Assembly: GCF_000143415.4 (NCBI RefSeq)
Contig: NW_003314272.1
Location: forward strand, 1,682,374-1,746,373
DNA from: Selaginella moellendorffii
Lineage: Eukaryota > Plantae > Lycopodiophyta
Length of the DNA stretch: 64,000 nucleotides
Reading direction: 5' to 3'
Shown: one piece after another, positions 12,052 through 25,321 of the stretch
How positions within the stretch are numbered: position 1 is the stretch's first letter
Layout: the number at the start of each line of letters is the position of its first letter
Position numbers and translations under genes: made by a program
The notes under the pieces: model-generated
What the model was told of the DNA's origin: nothing
The model's database searches: none
What the model saw: only the letters and a program-made list of their open reading frames with translations

Positions 12052-13949
12052 GGCCTACAAAATGTTGGTAAAGCTTGTCTACCATCCACCATTTCTCCAC
12101 CTCAATGCATTGAAGATTTGCTTTAGATAGTTTATCATCAGTGGATATAGATTGGTGTTTGCATATTTGAATAGCATGCGATAATGCCAGTAGTATATTT
12201 CTCTTGAAAGAGAACTAATTTACAAAGAGAATGATCACATTTAATTTATAATCCAAAGCAATACAATAATTCACCAAGATCTGTCATTTTTTATTGTTTG
12301 GTGAAGCATAAATCTGTGCTTAGTAGATGCAGTTATTAAGTCATTTATGATAAATATAATTATTCCAATCTACTTCAGTATGAGTAAAGCCTATGAATTG
12401 CATGGTTTTGACTTGCTTTAAGCCCCTAAGGTTGAGAGTCAAACTCATTGAGAGCATTGAGAGCCAAAAAGTCACTTGTGTGACTCATTTTAAGTATTAA
12501 TATCAACACCAGCCAGCCAAAATTGGAGGCAACCTGTTTCATATATTTTGGAGTGGAGGGCTCATTAACAAATAAATGAGAGTGGAAAATGATAAGAAAA
12601 TGAGAGATAACTTCCTTGCACCCAGGAGCTAGTGGCAGCCAAGAATGAGAGCATCCCAACAAATAGTAAGCTTTTGGGCGCCAAGATTCTGCATGGTCCT
12701 GCTTACATGAGAGTCACCCATGAAAGCTCTAGAGAACTAAGGATGGTGGCGGTGAGTATGGTCTGTGGACAGTGAGATATGGTGGCATGTTAATTTTAAT
12801 TCTGGAAATCTAAGGCAATTTAAGGTTAATCATAGATTAAATATTGTCAAAGTTTTTAATATTTTACTAGATCACTTATGGGTATTATTCTAATTTTCTT
12901 AGGTCTAGTTTGCTTGTTGCTTGTCTTGGATCATATGGAGGCATGTTATGAGATCTAGGGAATACAAGTAGAGGTATCAACATTAAGGACCACAAAATGC
13001 AAGGCTCTAGGTGAGAAGTGTAATGCTGACAATGAAATAAGTGAATTCTCACATGCATAAATGATAATAACAATAGTAGCAAAAGGTGCATTTTTATTTA
13101 TGGGCTATTTTCCTTTATCTTTAAATCTTGCTTTTTTTGGTTGTTTATATGTTGCTAATATGGCTAACAAGACATGTATAACTCACTTATTTGCCTAATG
13201 ATTTTATTTTAAGTATGGTGTAAATTGAACTAGCCTTGATCTAACATAGTTAGTCCTAATAGAGTTTAGTGTGAACAATTTTGCAAGATTTTGAAATTAT
13301 ATTTTCCATGATTTTGATCTAGAACATTGATTTTAATATTTTAGAAATAGTTGTTCAGTTAAGGCTCAATTTTTGTGTTAAAAGAAATATAATTATACTC
13401 TTTTGGGTATTAAATACTATATTATAGTGTATATAATAATATAATAAAGTGTCATTTATTTATTATTATTAGTTGCACATCAATCCAGTCAGAGGCAAAA
13501 ATTATAGGATGGGATGAATATGTTAATGCAAGGTAAAGAACTTGTTTTCTTATTCCTTTTGGAAAGGTATAAAAGATTTAATGACTATGCTTTGGCCGAG
13601 GAATTTCTTATAGGTAGCTAGTGAGTCTTAATATAGGGGCCCTTGCTTGGGCCCTTGCTACTAGAGGCACTAAAACTCAAAGTATAACCACCATAACAAA
13701 CAACTCTTATTATTATAATGCTAACATATCAGGCAACAATAATGGCAACTTTTGAGTGTAGTAGAATTATAAAGAAGAGGATGACTAGCAAATTGATCAA
13801 CTTGTTTAATAACCTAATAAGATGACATAAATTATCTACAAAAAACACTTTCACAACAAGGAAAGAAAGTATTAGTTATTTGATATATTGAATCTATAAA
13901 TAAATGAAATGAAGTTACTTTTCTTTTTTTTAGTCATTTAATCATTCAT

Positions 13950-14600
13950 AAGTCTAACATTTTGGCATGATGTGTTCCTTCTTACAGTAGACAACAACAT
14001 AAAGCTCTTAAAGATGTATGGTTGTTTGTGGGGCTGTTTGCACTTACTAACACTACTTTTACACTACTATTGAAAGGTCCTCTTCCTACTATTTCTCTCT
14101 GCTATTATTAACTTGTAATTTTTAACTTGTAATTTTTGTATAGTCTTCCTTATGGCCAGTGTTGCTACTAATGCCACTAGTAAGACTTGCACAGATAATT
14201 ATAGCGGGAGCAACACCTTTATACCCATATGGACCACCTCTACTAGTACCAATACTCCTCTACCATATAATTTCCAAATCCAAAGCCTCCACATCTACGA
14301 TAATACTGTAAAATATTGTAAAGTGTTATAAAATGTTATTGTAAAGTAATGGTAGCAACACCTCCTTATTGGACATAGTTATATAGAGCTTGCAAACAAA
14401 GATACAATCAAAATTAAATGAATATGCATCCATACCTATACATATTATCATCATCAACTTTTTAATATTAATTTTATCCAGGAATACAAGTATCCAATTT
14501 AGTATGATATCTTTATTAGCTTTACCTCTATATTTATTTATTTGTTTCGTGGTAATAACCCTATAGCTCCCACAAGATTTCAACCCTAAAAGGATGCTAT
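13950..14600 (-). pseudogene. Possible highly decayed retrotransposon gag relic
   Basis: A zinc-knuckle-like YCKKEHIMPKC near 13955-13990 and a gag-like KYRGKANKDIILNWI fragment in AT-rich, stop-riddled sequence. Confidence 0.3.
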
Positions 14601-15779
14601 AGCTTTTTGATTTGTTCCTCTACCACCACCACCAAAAATATTGCTATTTATAATGCTGAGAACAAGTGAAATGCTACAAAAAAGTGAAATTAAAACTCAA
14701 GTAAAGTTAAGTTCTTTCGAATGTAAAATACTTACTATCCTTCACCAACTTTATATCTGATGTTGCTAGCATTTTTTCTTGATTGAACCTCATATTTACT
14801 TCCTATTCTTATTATGCTAAATGAATCATCATCATTCTAAATCACACCCTCTTATCGATCTTTAGACTAAAAATGTCAATTGATTCATTAGTTTTTAGGA
14901 GCCTTGCCATTTACATTTGATGGAGATTGATCTTCTGGTCTGTATTTAGAAACAAACTATAGTGTTTTGAATAGAAGTTAAAACTACAAATCTTACTTAT
15001 CATAATTATCCATTTTTATAAAGAGTTTTGAGTGGTAGTTTATTCTTGCTTTTTTTTAGTTTTGTTCTAGTGTTAATGGTATTGAAATGATGCTTTAACT
15101 TTGATATTGTTAAAGTTGAGATGAAATGTTTCTCCTTAGATATGTTAAGGAAGTTAAATTTTCCATTTATGGTGATTCATGTGGTTGATGGTTAGTTAAT
15201 TTTCATTGGAGATTAATAATTTGTTTTAGTAATCTTGATGAAAAATGGTGTTAATGATATAACTATACCTATATTGTTAACATTCATGCATTTAGCATTT
15301 AAAGGAGTTGAGTGGCAAATTGAGTTAATCTTATTTCTCAATGAAATGCTTATTAGGGGTTTAGCTTTGGCTTTTTTTAAATATTGATTTAGTCATGGAC
15401 TATGTTATCTTTGTAAAATGAAACGTTAATAATTGATATTAAAGTTGTTGGATCATTGTTGGAAGGAATGATAATTATTGCATTATTATTGGTGATGGAT
15501 GATTTGCTGTCTTCAATGATGATTATGCCTCTTTATTAATAGGGTGATTGACGATTTTTAGTAGTGGTTAATTATCTTCTTTGATGATTTTTGGCTTTCT
15601 ATTTTACTATATATTCTTTGTGGTTCACTCTAGATTCATCTATTGGGTTTAAGATATTAATAGAATGTTGCTTACGCTTACTTTAATAACTCTAATTATT
15701 TGGTATTGTTAAGAATGACTCTCAATTTAACGAATATAAACTTTCAAAACTCATCCAGTTACCTTCATCTTATTAGATC

Positions 15780-16970
15780 TAGCAGACTTGTCCGAGTATA
15801 TCATGTGCATGGTGAAACTATCTAGTTATAGGATAGCTATTGTCAACTAGTTATATAACTTGCCTTTCATTTGATATTCCTAATTTTGTTGAAAAGGTGT
15901 GACTATTTAAACAACTTTAACTATATCTAAACTTTATCCACAAATTTTGTTTATTTACTTATGGGGGTTGGGGTTTTAGGGTTCTGTCTTTATGTCATAT
16001 GTAGGTAGGGGCATATCACCTTTTGTAAACTGGGTGACTTTTATAATAACAAGAGTGGCTAACTTCATTGATCATTTCCTTCAGCAACAGCTAAATGGTT
16101 CTTGAGTGTTAGCACATTTATGTTAGATAGAGAGGTAAGCCCATAACTCATTTAAGTTAATACATTTTTCACAAAGTAAACACTTTGAATACCATAAACT
16201 TTTTTTTGGAGTTATTTCCTTAATTGTGGTTTAAGCTAGAGTATGTATTGACAAAGAAGTTGATCTTCGCAAGGAGGGGGGGGGGGGGGGGGGGGGCCCG
16301 GAAAAAATTTCCCAAAGGGGGTTTAAAAAATTGAAAGTTCCCCATCAACCCCTTAAAAAGTTCCTCTTTTGCCACCCCGAAGACAAGAGGTTAAAATTTT
16401 TGCCCCCTTTATCAATTTCCATCTAAGCTAATTGAGAAATTGGTTATTATGTGTGTAGATAAACATAAGGTAGAACTACTATATACTTTTTGCTAAGCAT
16501 ACTTAACTCGATGAGGGTTGCACTTGGGAACCTCTATAATATTAAATTTAATCCCTTAATATTTGTTCTCGCTATCATTTCTTATGTGTTAGTCCCATTT
16601 TGATTCTATTAGCTATTTATGAAAAGATTTTATATTTTCTAGTTATATATATATATATATATATATATTTTATGGAATGTAGAGATTGTTCTAAACATAA
16701 TTTGATTTTGTCCTAAAAATTAACTATTAGGATTAGGATGAAATCCCAAAGCATGCTTTCAAATGGGGGTTCCAAATATAGTAGAGATAGTAAGTAAGTT
16801 AGGCATGACCAACTAATTTAAGATATATTTTAGTTCTTTGTTTAAGTGTTTTTGTTTTTGTTTTGTGTCCAACTTGGTTTAAACCCAAGCTCCATACTAT
16901 ACAAAGTGGTGGAATACTTATATCCTTGTATTAGACCATTAGTATGATGAAATAACATCAATTGAATCCA
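15780..16970 (+). mobile_element. Ancient AT-shifted relic of family C LTR element (3' internal region, PPT, part of LTR)
   Basis: Aligns by eye with 58915-59121, 61492-61797 and the C LTR (ctaagctaattgagaaattgg; gggggttccaaatatagtagagatag; gtggtggaatacttatatcc). Confidence 0.75.
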
Positions 16971-17484
16971 TTATTATAACCCACTTAAAATCATCATGTT
17001 TACAAATTTTTCACAATCTATAAATCCTTTTATTTCTCTAGTGAATGATTCAAAGCTCTACTTTTAAGCAGTAAAGAATTCAGATTGCAATTTTTAATGT
17101 TTCTTCATAAGTATAGGATTCATCTCTTTTAACACCAAAATGGTCAAAGTGGCATTATGGAGAGGAAAATGCTCTCAACTTTAAATATCACTTGATATAT
17201 CATGAACTATACAATTCTAATTTTTTATTTTTTTTTGAAGTAGCTCATATAGTTATTTGCCTGAGTCACACTAGAGTAGTGCTTGTACAAATGAAATCCA
17301 AAGGTTGATCATATTTGAGTTTTTTGCTATCTAAATTATGCTCATATATTAATTGAAGTTCATTAACATTTTGATTAATATTGCATATTATTTGAATAGT
17401 TTCTCTAAACTGATTTAGATAAAACATTAATCTAGTGCCTTAGACTAAACTTTGTTTAAACAAATATTGGGCTCATGGGATTGA

Positions 17485-17625
17485 TGGGATTCCAGAAGAA
17501 GGGTGTGTGATTTAAGGAGATCCTAAAAACCATTTGGGAGAGTGGTATATAATCAAATTTTGGGGTAGCATGACATTGTTATTGGTCTTAATGAAATAGC
17601 ATAGGCACAACTGTGTTAAATTCAT
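17485..17625 (-). pseudogene. Decayed fragment of the last exon of a methylesterase gene
   Basis: gggattccagaagaagggtgtgtgatttaaggagatcctaaaaac...ggtcttaatgaaatagc matches 9024-9165 of the first MES gene, with C>T/G>A changes and indels. Confidence 0.8.
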
Positions 17626-18017
17626 AAAGCCCTTTCTTACAATCAAAGCAATCAAGAATCTCTTTCCTTTCACAATCTTTCTCTTGCCCTAATTTCTGTA
17701 CCTAGAAGGAGCACTAAATTGGTTCAGTTCCAAAAGTTTTGAATCCCATGATACAATACAAAATTTTTTTGACCTTCAATTTGTATATTTTTAGTAAGTT
17801 CTTGACTATGATTGCTACTGAAGCATCTTTGGCTGCACTTTAATGTGTATGTCCTTTCCTAGCTAAAATGATATTTTAAAAGAACTAGAGAATTTAGAAA
17901 GTGCTAAGTTGAAAATGCATAGCATCTCCAATCTATTGCATTGGAAGCAAAAAGCATGATAAATTAATTATCATTAAATTTTCACATAGAACATTCCACC
18001 CATTATGAGAAATTAAT

Positions 18018-19071
18018 CTAAAGCAGCAATTCTAACGTTGCTATATTGACGAGATTTGTGACGAGTAGCGTGGGCTGTGAGAAGAATGGCGAATGATCAG
18101 ATGGAAGCTCAAGCACTAACTTTGGTGGTGTTCTCCGTATGAGATCTTCCTGATCAGTGGGCTGGAGCGCATGATCAAACGTTGCCTTGATGAAGTAGCG
18201 AGGGACTCTGCCATAACGAGCCCTTGTGAAGTTGACAGTGGGATCAAGAAATGGGAAGGACTTGAGGAGCGTTTTGGCGAGCACCACATCCTGCTCCAGG
18301 AAATACATACTTGGTTTACGTGGCCTATAGCAACAGTATAGCACACCTTGGTTGGAGAGGTGTTGTAGAGGAAGTTTTGGACCGTGGCAAAGTTATAACT
18401 CACTGAAACTGGTGTGCCCGAGCCGTTTGCGTACTCCACGATCACGTTGTTTCCAAAAGTTTGAAATATCTAAACTAGATCGGATAACGCAATTGTCAGG
18501 AACTCTTCAATCAAACGGACCACTAGAAAGAAGATACCTGCTTGAAGAGAGTCGCAGCAATTGGCCCACTGGGAAGCATCAAAGCAGAGAGGTATACCGC
18601 TGCTGCGATCTTCTCGGGATACATCTCGAGAACCAAAGTTAAGCTTAATCCCGCAAGGCTGCTCCCAACAAGAACCACCTGAATCAATGCAAGGAAAAGC
18701 TCATGATCGCCACCAAAAAGAAAAAGAAGAGATGATAAACTTTTCAACAGCAACAGCAACAACAACAACAAAACAACATCATCAACAACAATAACCTTTT
18801 CGTTTGCCGGCAGAGACTCCAAGATCTGGATCAATGGAGCCGAGTATTGCTCCAAAGTTTTCACTGCTTGGACGTCCGTACGGTCTCGTCCAGCGCTTGC
18901 CAAGTCTGGAGCATCCACTTGATGTCCTGCTGCTTGGAGTCTCTGAGTGACTTCAAACCAGCTCCACGCGCCCTCTCCCGCTCCATGGATGAGAACAAAG
19001 TGGAAGCCAGCATTGGATCGATCGAGCAAGAAAGACAACAGAAAGACGAAGATCAGTGCCAAAGTCTTCAT
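18018..19071 (-). CDS. Second methylesterase (MES/SABP2-type) with signal peptide, multi-exon
   Basis: MKTLALIFVFLLSFLLDRSNAG leader, FHFVLIHGAGEGAWSW, elbow LVGSSLAG, RYFIKATFDHAL and SDHSPFFSQP. Exon layout parallels the first MES gene. Confidence 0.9.
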
Positions 19072-22000
19072 TTCTGAATATCTATAATCAGGAAGAACCT
19101 CACAGACTCTTTGGTACCGTGCGAATGAGAGGACTGCTCAATTTATGCACAAAAGCTTCTCCTCTCATCGTCAAGAGCTGATCTAACTCGCCTTTTTGGC
19201 GATGCCGACACAATTGATTCGATTTACCTGAAGGCAAGGACTTTTTGGCAGCAGTATCTATCTTATTCCATAAATCTGGTTGCTTACCTTCGAAGATCCA
19301 CTTGTGTTACTGACTTGCAAATGAATTTCCACCACTGAAATAAATGGAAGAGCAAAACACATCACTCCCACAAACAAAATTCAACACCAGCTTGACCTTT
19401 TTGCAACCTTTTTGACGTTCACTCGGACGTGAAACAATTGCTCTCGTACGGAAGAACGTCGCCAAAACTTCGGTAACAGTGAACAGGATCTTGACCGTGG
19501 GAGCGTTTTTCCAGTGGTCTCTTTTTGGCACGTCGGGAATGCAGTTCACCGCTGGAGTCCCAACTTTAAGACAGCGACTTAGAAGACAGCAGGTCTCTGG
19601 CTCTTCTTACCATAAATTCTACCTGAAGAATAAATGAGCTCTCGAATCCTCTCTCGACATGCAAGGCCATCTTTTCTTGGTTTCGGTTTTCATCGAGAAC
19701 GCAAGATTACAAGGGGAATCCTGCAGCCTCCATGTCTCGTCTCCAATTGCCGAAGCTCTGGTGCCGGACGCCAAGTTCTCGTCGTCGCCAACAATGCCGG
19801 ATATCTCTTTGGCCAGGATAAGCCGCTCAATCATCAGCCGCTGGGGACTTCGCAGTGGCAGTGTGGCTTACAGGGAGTCGAAAGCGGCATTGGTCCAGTG
19901 TTGCCAGGAATTGATGGTCTGTCCATCATCATCCTTCGTTAGAGGAGTTTTCGAGCAGATGCCTCAGCACAACATACTGCGAAAGTATTCTGATAAGACA
20001 ATTGTAATTCAAAAAATATTTGTTGAATCCACGCCCTTACGGGATAAGAAAGGGAAGAATTCTTTGTGCTAATAAATTTATGCACATGAAGTAAAAAAAC
20101 TCAATATGTCTTGTCGGTCCACTTGCCGTCCTCAAGAGTTACTTCTACAAAGGTGTATTTTTGCATGAAGACACGTGGCATGTTCTGCAAGTGATCAAGC
20201 TCTTGCAGCAGCCCAGCGAAGGACCTGGCAAGGCTCTCACTAACGAATCCCTCATAGCACACTCTTGCCCACCAAGGTGGCTTAACTCGCAGTGGCTCAA
20301 ATTGCTCGCTGCTCCAGACGATCTCATGGAGAATTACTCACTGGTCTCCTGCGTGATGGCGCGGCTGAGTCTTCAATTTAAAAGCTGAACTTTGGCCCCA
20401 GCGTTGGTTAACCACGGTTAGCTAGGTAGCAGCCATCAGAGTGCCTCCATTGGCGGGACCAGATGTCACCGCAGTAAAGCGTCGTGCTGCAGCGATCAAG
20501 CTTTGTGATCTTCAAAGAAGCCCTGCATTAGGAATTATCATAGCAGCCAACTGCAACAACATCAAACTTCCCAGTTTTCATGGAGCAGCTAAAATTAATA
20601 TGTTATTACAACTCTCAATCTTGTTCATCTCGAGCATTCTCAACTTGCTTGAAGAACCATGCCACTTAATGTGCATAACGGACAGTCAAACAAGACGTGG
20701 TATACATCTTCCACCAATATATGCAAATGCGGAGAGATCGAGGAAGAAGTGGGCGTTGGTGGCGACCATTTTCCACCTGAAGTCTGTCTGTAAGCTGCAA
20801 TAGTGTGGCGAACCCCAAGGAGCACAATGGTGGTATCCTATGAATCCCAGTATACTACTTGGATTAACAAATGCCTAGTATATGTCGTACTGCATCGGTT
20901 GAGATGTTCTGTTTTATCTAGTCATCTATTTTTCCACGTCTGAGAACAGGTCTGACACAAGCGGTACCTGCCTCTGCAGCGAGCTGCTGGCCATCCTCGA
21001 ACCACACCGTTGCCAACTTCAAACTTCAAACAAAACTCTAGATACATGTAACATCATCGTCATAGCATTGCTTCAAGCGAAAGCCTCACCTACATTCCAC
21101 CTCTTGCAACTCATTAATCCAATTGATCAAATAAAGTTTATAATTATAAGCATGTTTGTAATTTATAAACACAAGATTAATCTTATTTCATATCAACCAT
21201 TAGATGGTAGAATAAAAAATAATATATTAGAAAGGGTTTAAGAAAGTTTATAAATTATATACGTGTTTATAAATTAGGATTAATTTAAATAACAAGATGG
21301 TAGAATATCCTAGAATATCTAAGTATATTCTAAGTATATCCACTATCATCCCAGTTTGGTTAAGCAAACCAAAAAGATAGAAATTTTTTTATATATTAAA
21401 ATTTCTAATATTTAATAACTATGAAGATTATAGTTCCTTTTACATTTATACTATATTAAGTGGTCATTCAACATCACATTTATTCTTATTTTATAATTAT
21501 AACATTTATGTCATGTTTTGGTTGTGAATAAATAATAGATTGTTCATATAATTCTAGAGAGAGGTATAAATAAAGTGAGATTATTAAAATATTAAAAAAT
21601 AAAGGATTTCACTGAAGACATAAATATTTATGCATCAGTTATTGAAATATCTGAAGAGATTTTATAGATGTAGCTTTTTTAGGTATAAAATATCTGCTAT
21701 TTTTGGTAATTTAAACTAATTAAAATGAAATTATAAATAGTTTATAGCATTATCATCACTACTAAACAATCTGAAGTAAATGCAAGTTCTTTATTATAGC
21801 TTTTGGCATAATCTACACAAAAATATCACACTTTTCTATAATATATTTTGTAATATATAATACAAGTTGTCTTATTTTTGAAAGAAAGCATTTATGTAAA
21901 AAGAAATACAGTAAAATCTTTAGTTTATATTAATTAGTTACAATGAATTAAATTTGTACTTTTGAATGATCAATTTAAACTTTAATAATATTTTTTGGCC

Positions 22001-24805
22001 ACTAACCCCCAATTTCAACTTTAACTCAATTTAGAAGCATTATTAGAGAGTTCTTTCAAGACTAAGTGTGCACCCGAGGCTTAGGATTTAATGGGTCCTA
22101 TCTTATTCAAGTCTATACCAAAAGATATGAAGAACCTAAAAGTTTAGTGTGCTTAACTTTTTGTGTCTGTAGGGAGTGTAGCCAAACCTTAAGTCTAGTC
22201 TAACCCAGAGAGGGGGATTAAGAACACTTCATAACTTATGTAGTGAATAGTTGAAATCAAGTAAGAGCTGGTACAATAAGTGGGAACCTTGGAATGGAAC
22301 TTAACTAAAGTTAAGGCAATAATGGTCAAATAAATAAGGTAAGTTGGCAAATTAGAAAGGAAAAATTTATAGCTTACAATTTGGTATCGAAGCCTTTTCC
22401 TTAGTTCTAACGAAGGATAGAGACTGATTATTGGGAAATGGCTAAGGCAAGGTATAAAAAAACTAAGACAGAGATAGAATTTCTTCTGATGCTAAAGCCT
22501 TTGGTCAAATAAAAGTTATGGATGAGAAATTCTTGCACAAGAAAGACTCTAGTGAGGAAACTTCTAAAAAAGAGTCAAGTGGTGAAGTTTGGTTATCCAA
22601 AGCTTGATTAAATGTTGTAAAAAGACAATTGGCATAGACCAATACTTTGTTGGAGACCTTTGTACACAAGCTAAAATATGATGAAAAGCAAAAGAAAAAG
22701 TAAAATATTACAAATGTTAGTAGTGCAAAAAGTATGGACCTTTAGTAGGGAGTGAGGCACAAAGTTAAACAAACCGAAGTGAATTCAGTCCCTCAAACAG
22801 TTCCCAAGTACAAACAAAAGCCCTTATTTGTGTTCAAAGGAGTGAATGTGTAAGCCACAAATTTTTCCTTTCCAATTTGCCAGCTTACCTCGTCTATCCG
22901 ACCAACTCTGCCTTGGCTTGTGCTAAGTTCCCTCGCCAAGGTTCCCGCCTATGGTACCAGCTCCTACTTGGTCCTACTTGGTTTCAGCTACTCACTGCAC
23001 GAGCAACGGAGTGTTAGCCATCCATCTACGGATTCCCAAATCTCTCCCAATCCCCTTCCCCGGGTTAGACTGGACTTAAGGTTCGGCTACACTCTCCGCA
23101 GGCACAAGCAGCCAAGCACACCAAGCCTCCAGGTTCCTAACACCCCTTGGTACCACAAGACTTGATCATGGGACCCTCTAAATCCCAAGTCTTGGGTGCA
23201 GCACTTGCTTCGGGACGTCGGGGTGAAACACCGTGGCCTAACGGCCCGGTATGGGTACCTCTACCCCCCCACTTCCATCCCGAAGGGAAGGCCCAAGCCC
23301 CTAGGAAGGGCGAGGACCAATGAGCCACAAGGTACTCAAGTGGGGCACCACTCCACATGAGCCGGGAGCACCACAGTCGGTTTCCCTTTCGGGAGTGGAA
23401 GCTGCTCTTGAGCACTTCCCTGGGTGGCCCCTCCGGCACCACTCAAGCCCATACTCACTCCCACCCAAGGCCCCTTGGCCCCAGTCTCAACCTCAAGTCA
23501 GTTTGGAAGCACTACTGGAGAGTTCCTTCAAGACTGGTTCCTGGACCTCACTATCCCTACTATACTTTTGGAACCCCCTACAGCCCCCCCCCCCCCTGGG
23601 AGACGCACACTTTGGGCTTTCACCTCTTGACCCGTATTAGTATTTGGACTTAGTTTCTGGCTCGGTCTCGGACCCGATTTCGGATCCGACTTCGGATTCG
23701 GTCTCGGACTCGATCTCGGACTCGATCTCGGACCTGATCTCGGACCCGACCTCGGACCCGACCTCGGACTCGACCTCGGACTCGGTCTCGGACCCGATTT
23801 CGGATCTCGGACTCCATCTCGAACTCGGTCTCGAACTCAGACTCGAACTCGGTCCCCGAGTTGGTCTCGGACTCGATTCCGGACTCTATCTCGAACTCAG
23901 TCCTAGAGTCGGTCTTGGACTCGATCTTCGACTTGGTCCCATTCGATGAACTCTTTGTCATTTTGGTCATGCTTTTGGGGTTCCTTTAGCCTACGACACC
24001 TCGGCGAGTTGGTTCCTTACAACTCCACCACCCATAGAAGAGGTTCGATGCCCACATCGAACGTCTTGTTTTATCCTACGACTTGTTGACCATGTCTCCG
24101 GGGGTATCCCCCCATTTAGCGGTGTGCCTAAGTTAGCCTCCCCGGCCAAGAGCCCATGACAATGGAATATAGGTGTCCCTATACCCCTCACCTCACCACG
24201 CCCTAGTATGGGGTCGGGACTTAAACCCAGCGTTGCTTTACTAGGGGGTTGGGACTCGAACCCAACCTCCGTAGAATACGTCTACGGATCCGACATCCCC
24301 GCGGGGAGTTGGGCGTAGTGCCCTACGCCTGGTCGACCTATCCAACCCATGCTAATTAGCTTACCTTTGGCACGCCTTCAGGTCCCAACATATGCCACTT
24401 GCTCAACTTTGCAAATTGATATTTTTAATTGAACTTTGCATAAGTACATAGAGTTCTACCATGCAGAAATTCCTCCACTAGATCTCGCGCGTTCGCTAGG
24501 TTCTCCTCCGGTTCCCATGTTGCTTCGTAGTATGGAAATCCTTTCCACTTCACATGGAACTCTCTCACCTTGCGTCCTTGTCGCTTGCTCTTGCGCGCAT
24601 TGAGGATGGCCTCGACTTCGTATTCCTCTTCCCCTTGGATAACCTCAGGTAAAAGTCTCACTTGGTCCTTGCGAAGCGGATCCTCAAAGTACGGCTTGAG
24701 TAAGTTCACGTGGAACACTGGGTGCATCTTCCCCATCTCTCGAGGAAGTCGGAGTCGGTAAGCCACTTTACCGATTCTGCCTCAATCTCATAAGGCCCTG
24801 CGAAC

Positions 24806-24857
24806 CTGCTTAAGGAACTCAAGATCAATTCATTTACAGGAATACATGCATCTTTAC
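24806..24857 (-). other. 52-nt spliceosomal-type intron in A1 integrase C-terminal GPY/F region (orthologous copy in A0 at 42348-42398)
   Basis: AG|GTAAAG...TTCCTTAAGCAG|G; removal restores RKLTQRFAGPYEI. Confidence 0.85.
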
Positions 24858-25275
24858 CTTTGGGTCAACTTTCGGCTGATCCCACTTGGTAGTCTGAGGT
24901 TCTTGGTGTTCAGCTACACCTTCTCCCCAGCTTGGAACTCTACATCCCGACGCTTCTGGTTCACGTATTTGGTTTGCCTTTGTTGAGCCCGTTCCAAGGA
25001 ATCCCTCACTAGATTCCAAATGCTGAGTCTTTCCGCCGTGAATGCCTCCACTGTGGGCAACTCTCCATGATACTCGGCCACGCCGAGTTCCACAGGACCT
25101 TCAATAGCTCACCCATTGATGACTTCCCATGGACTCACCCCGATACTCGAATGTGGTGAGTTGTTATAACACATTTCCACAAGTCCCAAATGACTTACCC
25201 AATCGGTCTGGTCTCCCGAGACATAGCATCACAAATAATCCTCCAGCTGCCTATTCACCCTTTCCGTTTGTCCGT

Positions 25276-25321
25276 CTGTCAAGAAGTGTTAGTGCCAACA
25301 ACTTGACTTAATACCCCATAC
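25276..25321 (-). other. 46-nt spliceosomal-type intron in A1 integrase core (orthologous copy in A0 at 41883-41929)
   Basis: GTATGG...CACTAAC...TTGACAG; removal restores STAYHPQT-x-GQTERVN. Confidence 0.85.

Noticed and set aside
16273-16420. Long poly-G followed by homopolymer-rich sequence (G-quadruplex candidate)
   Set aside because: It corresponds to the family C PPT and LTR start in garbled form, most likely poor-quality sequence after a G run.
19619-20803. Short ORFs, one with PPR-like VFEQMPQHNI
   Set aside because: No coherent exon chain or domain. Possibly gene debris, but unsupported without a search.
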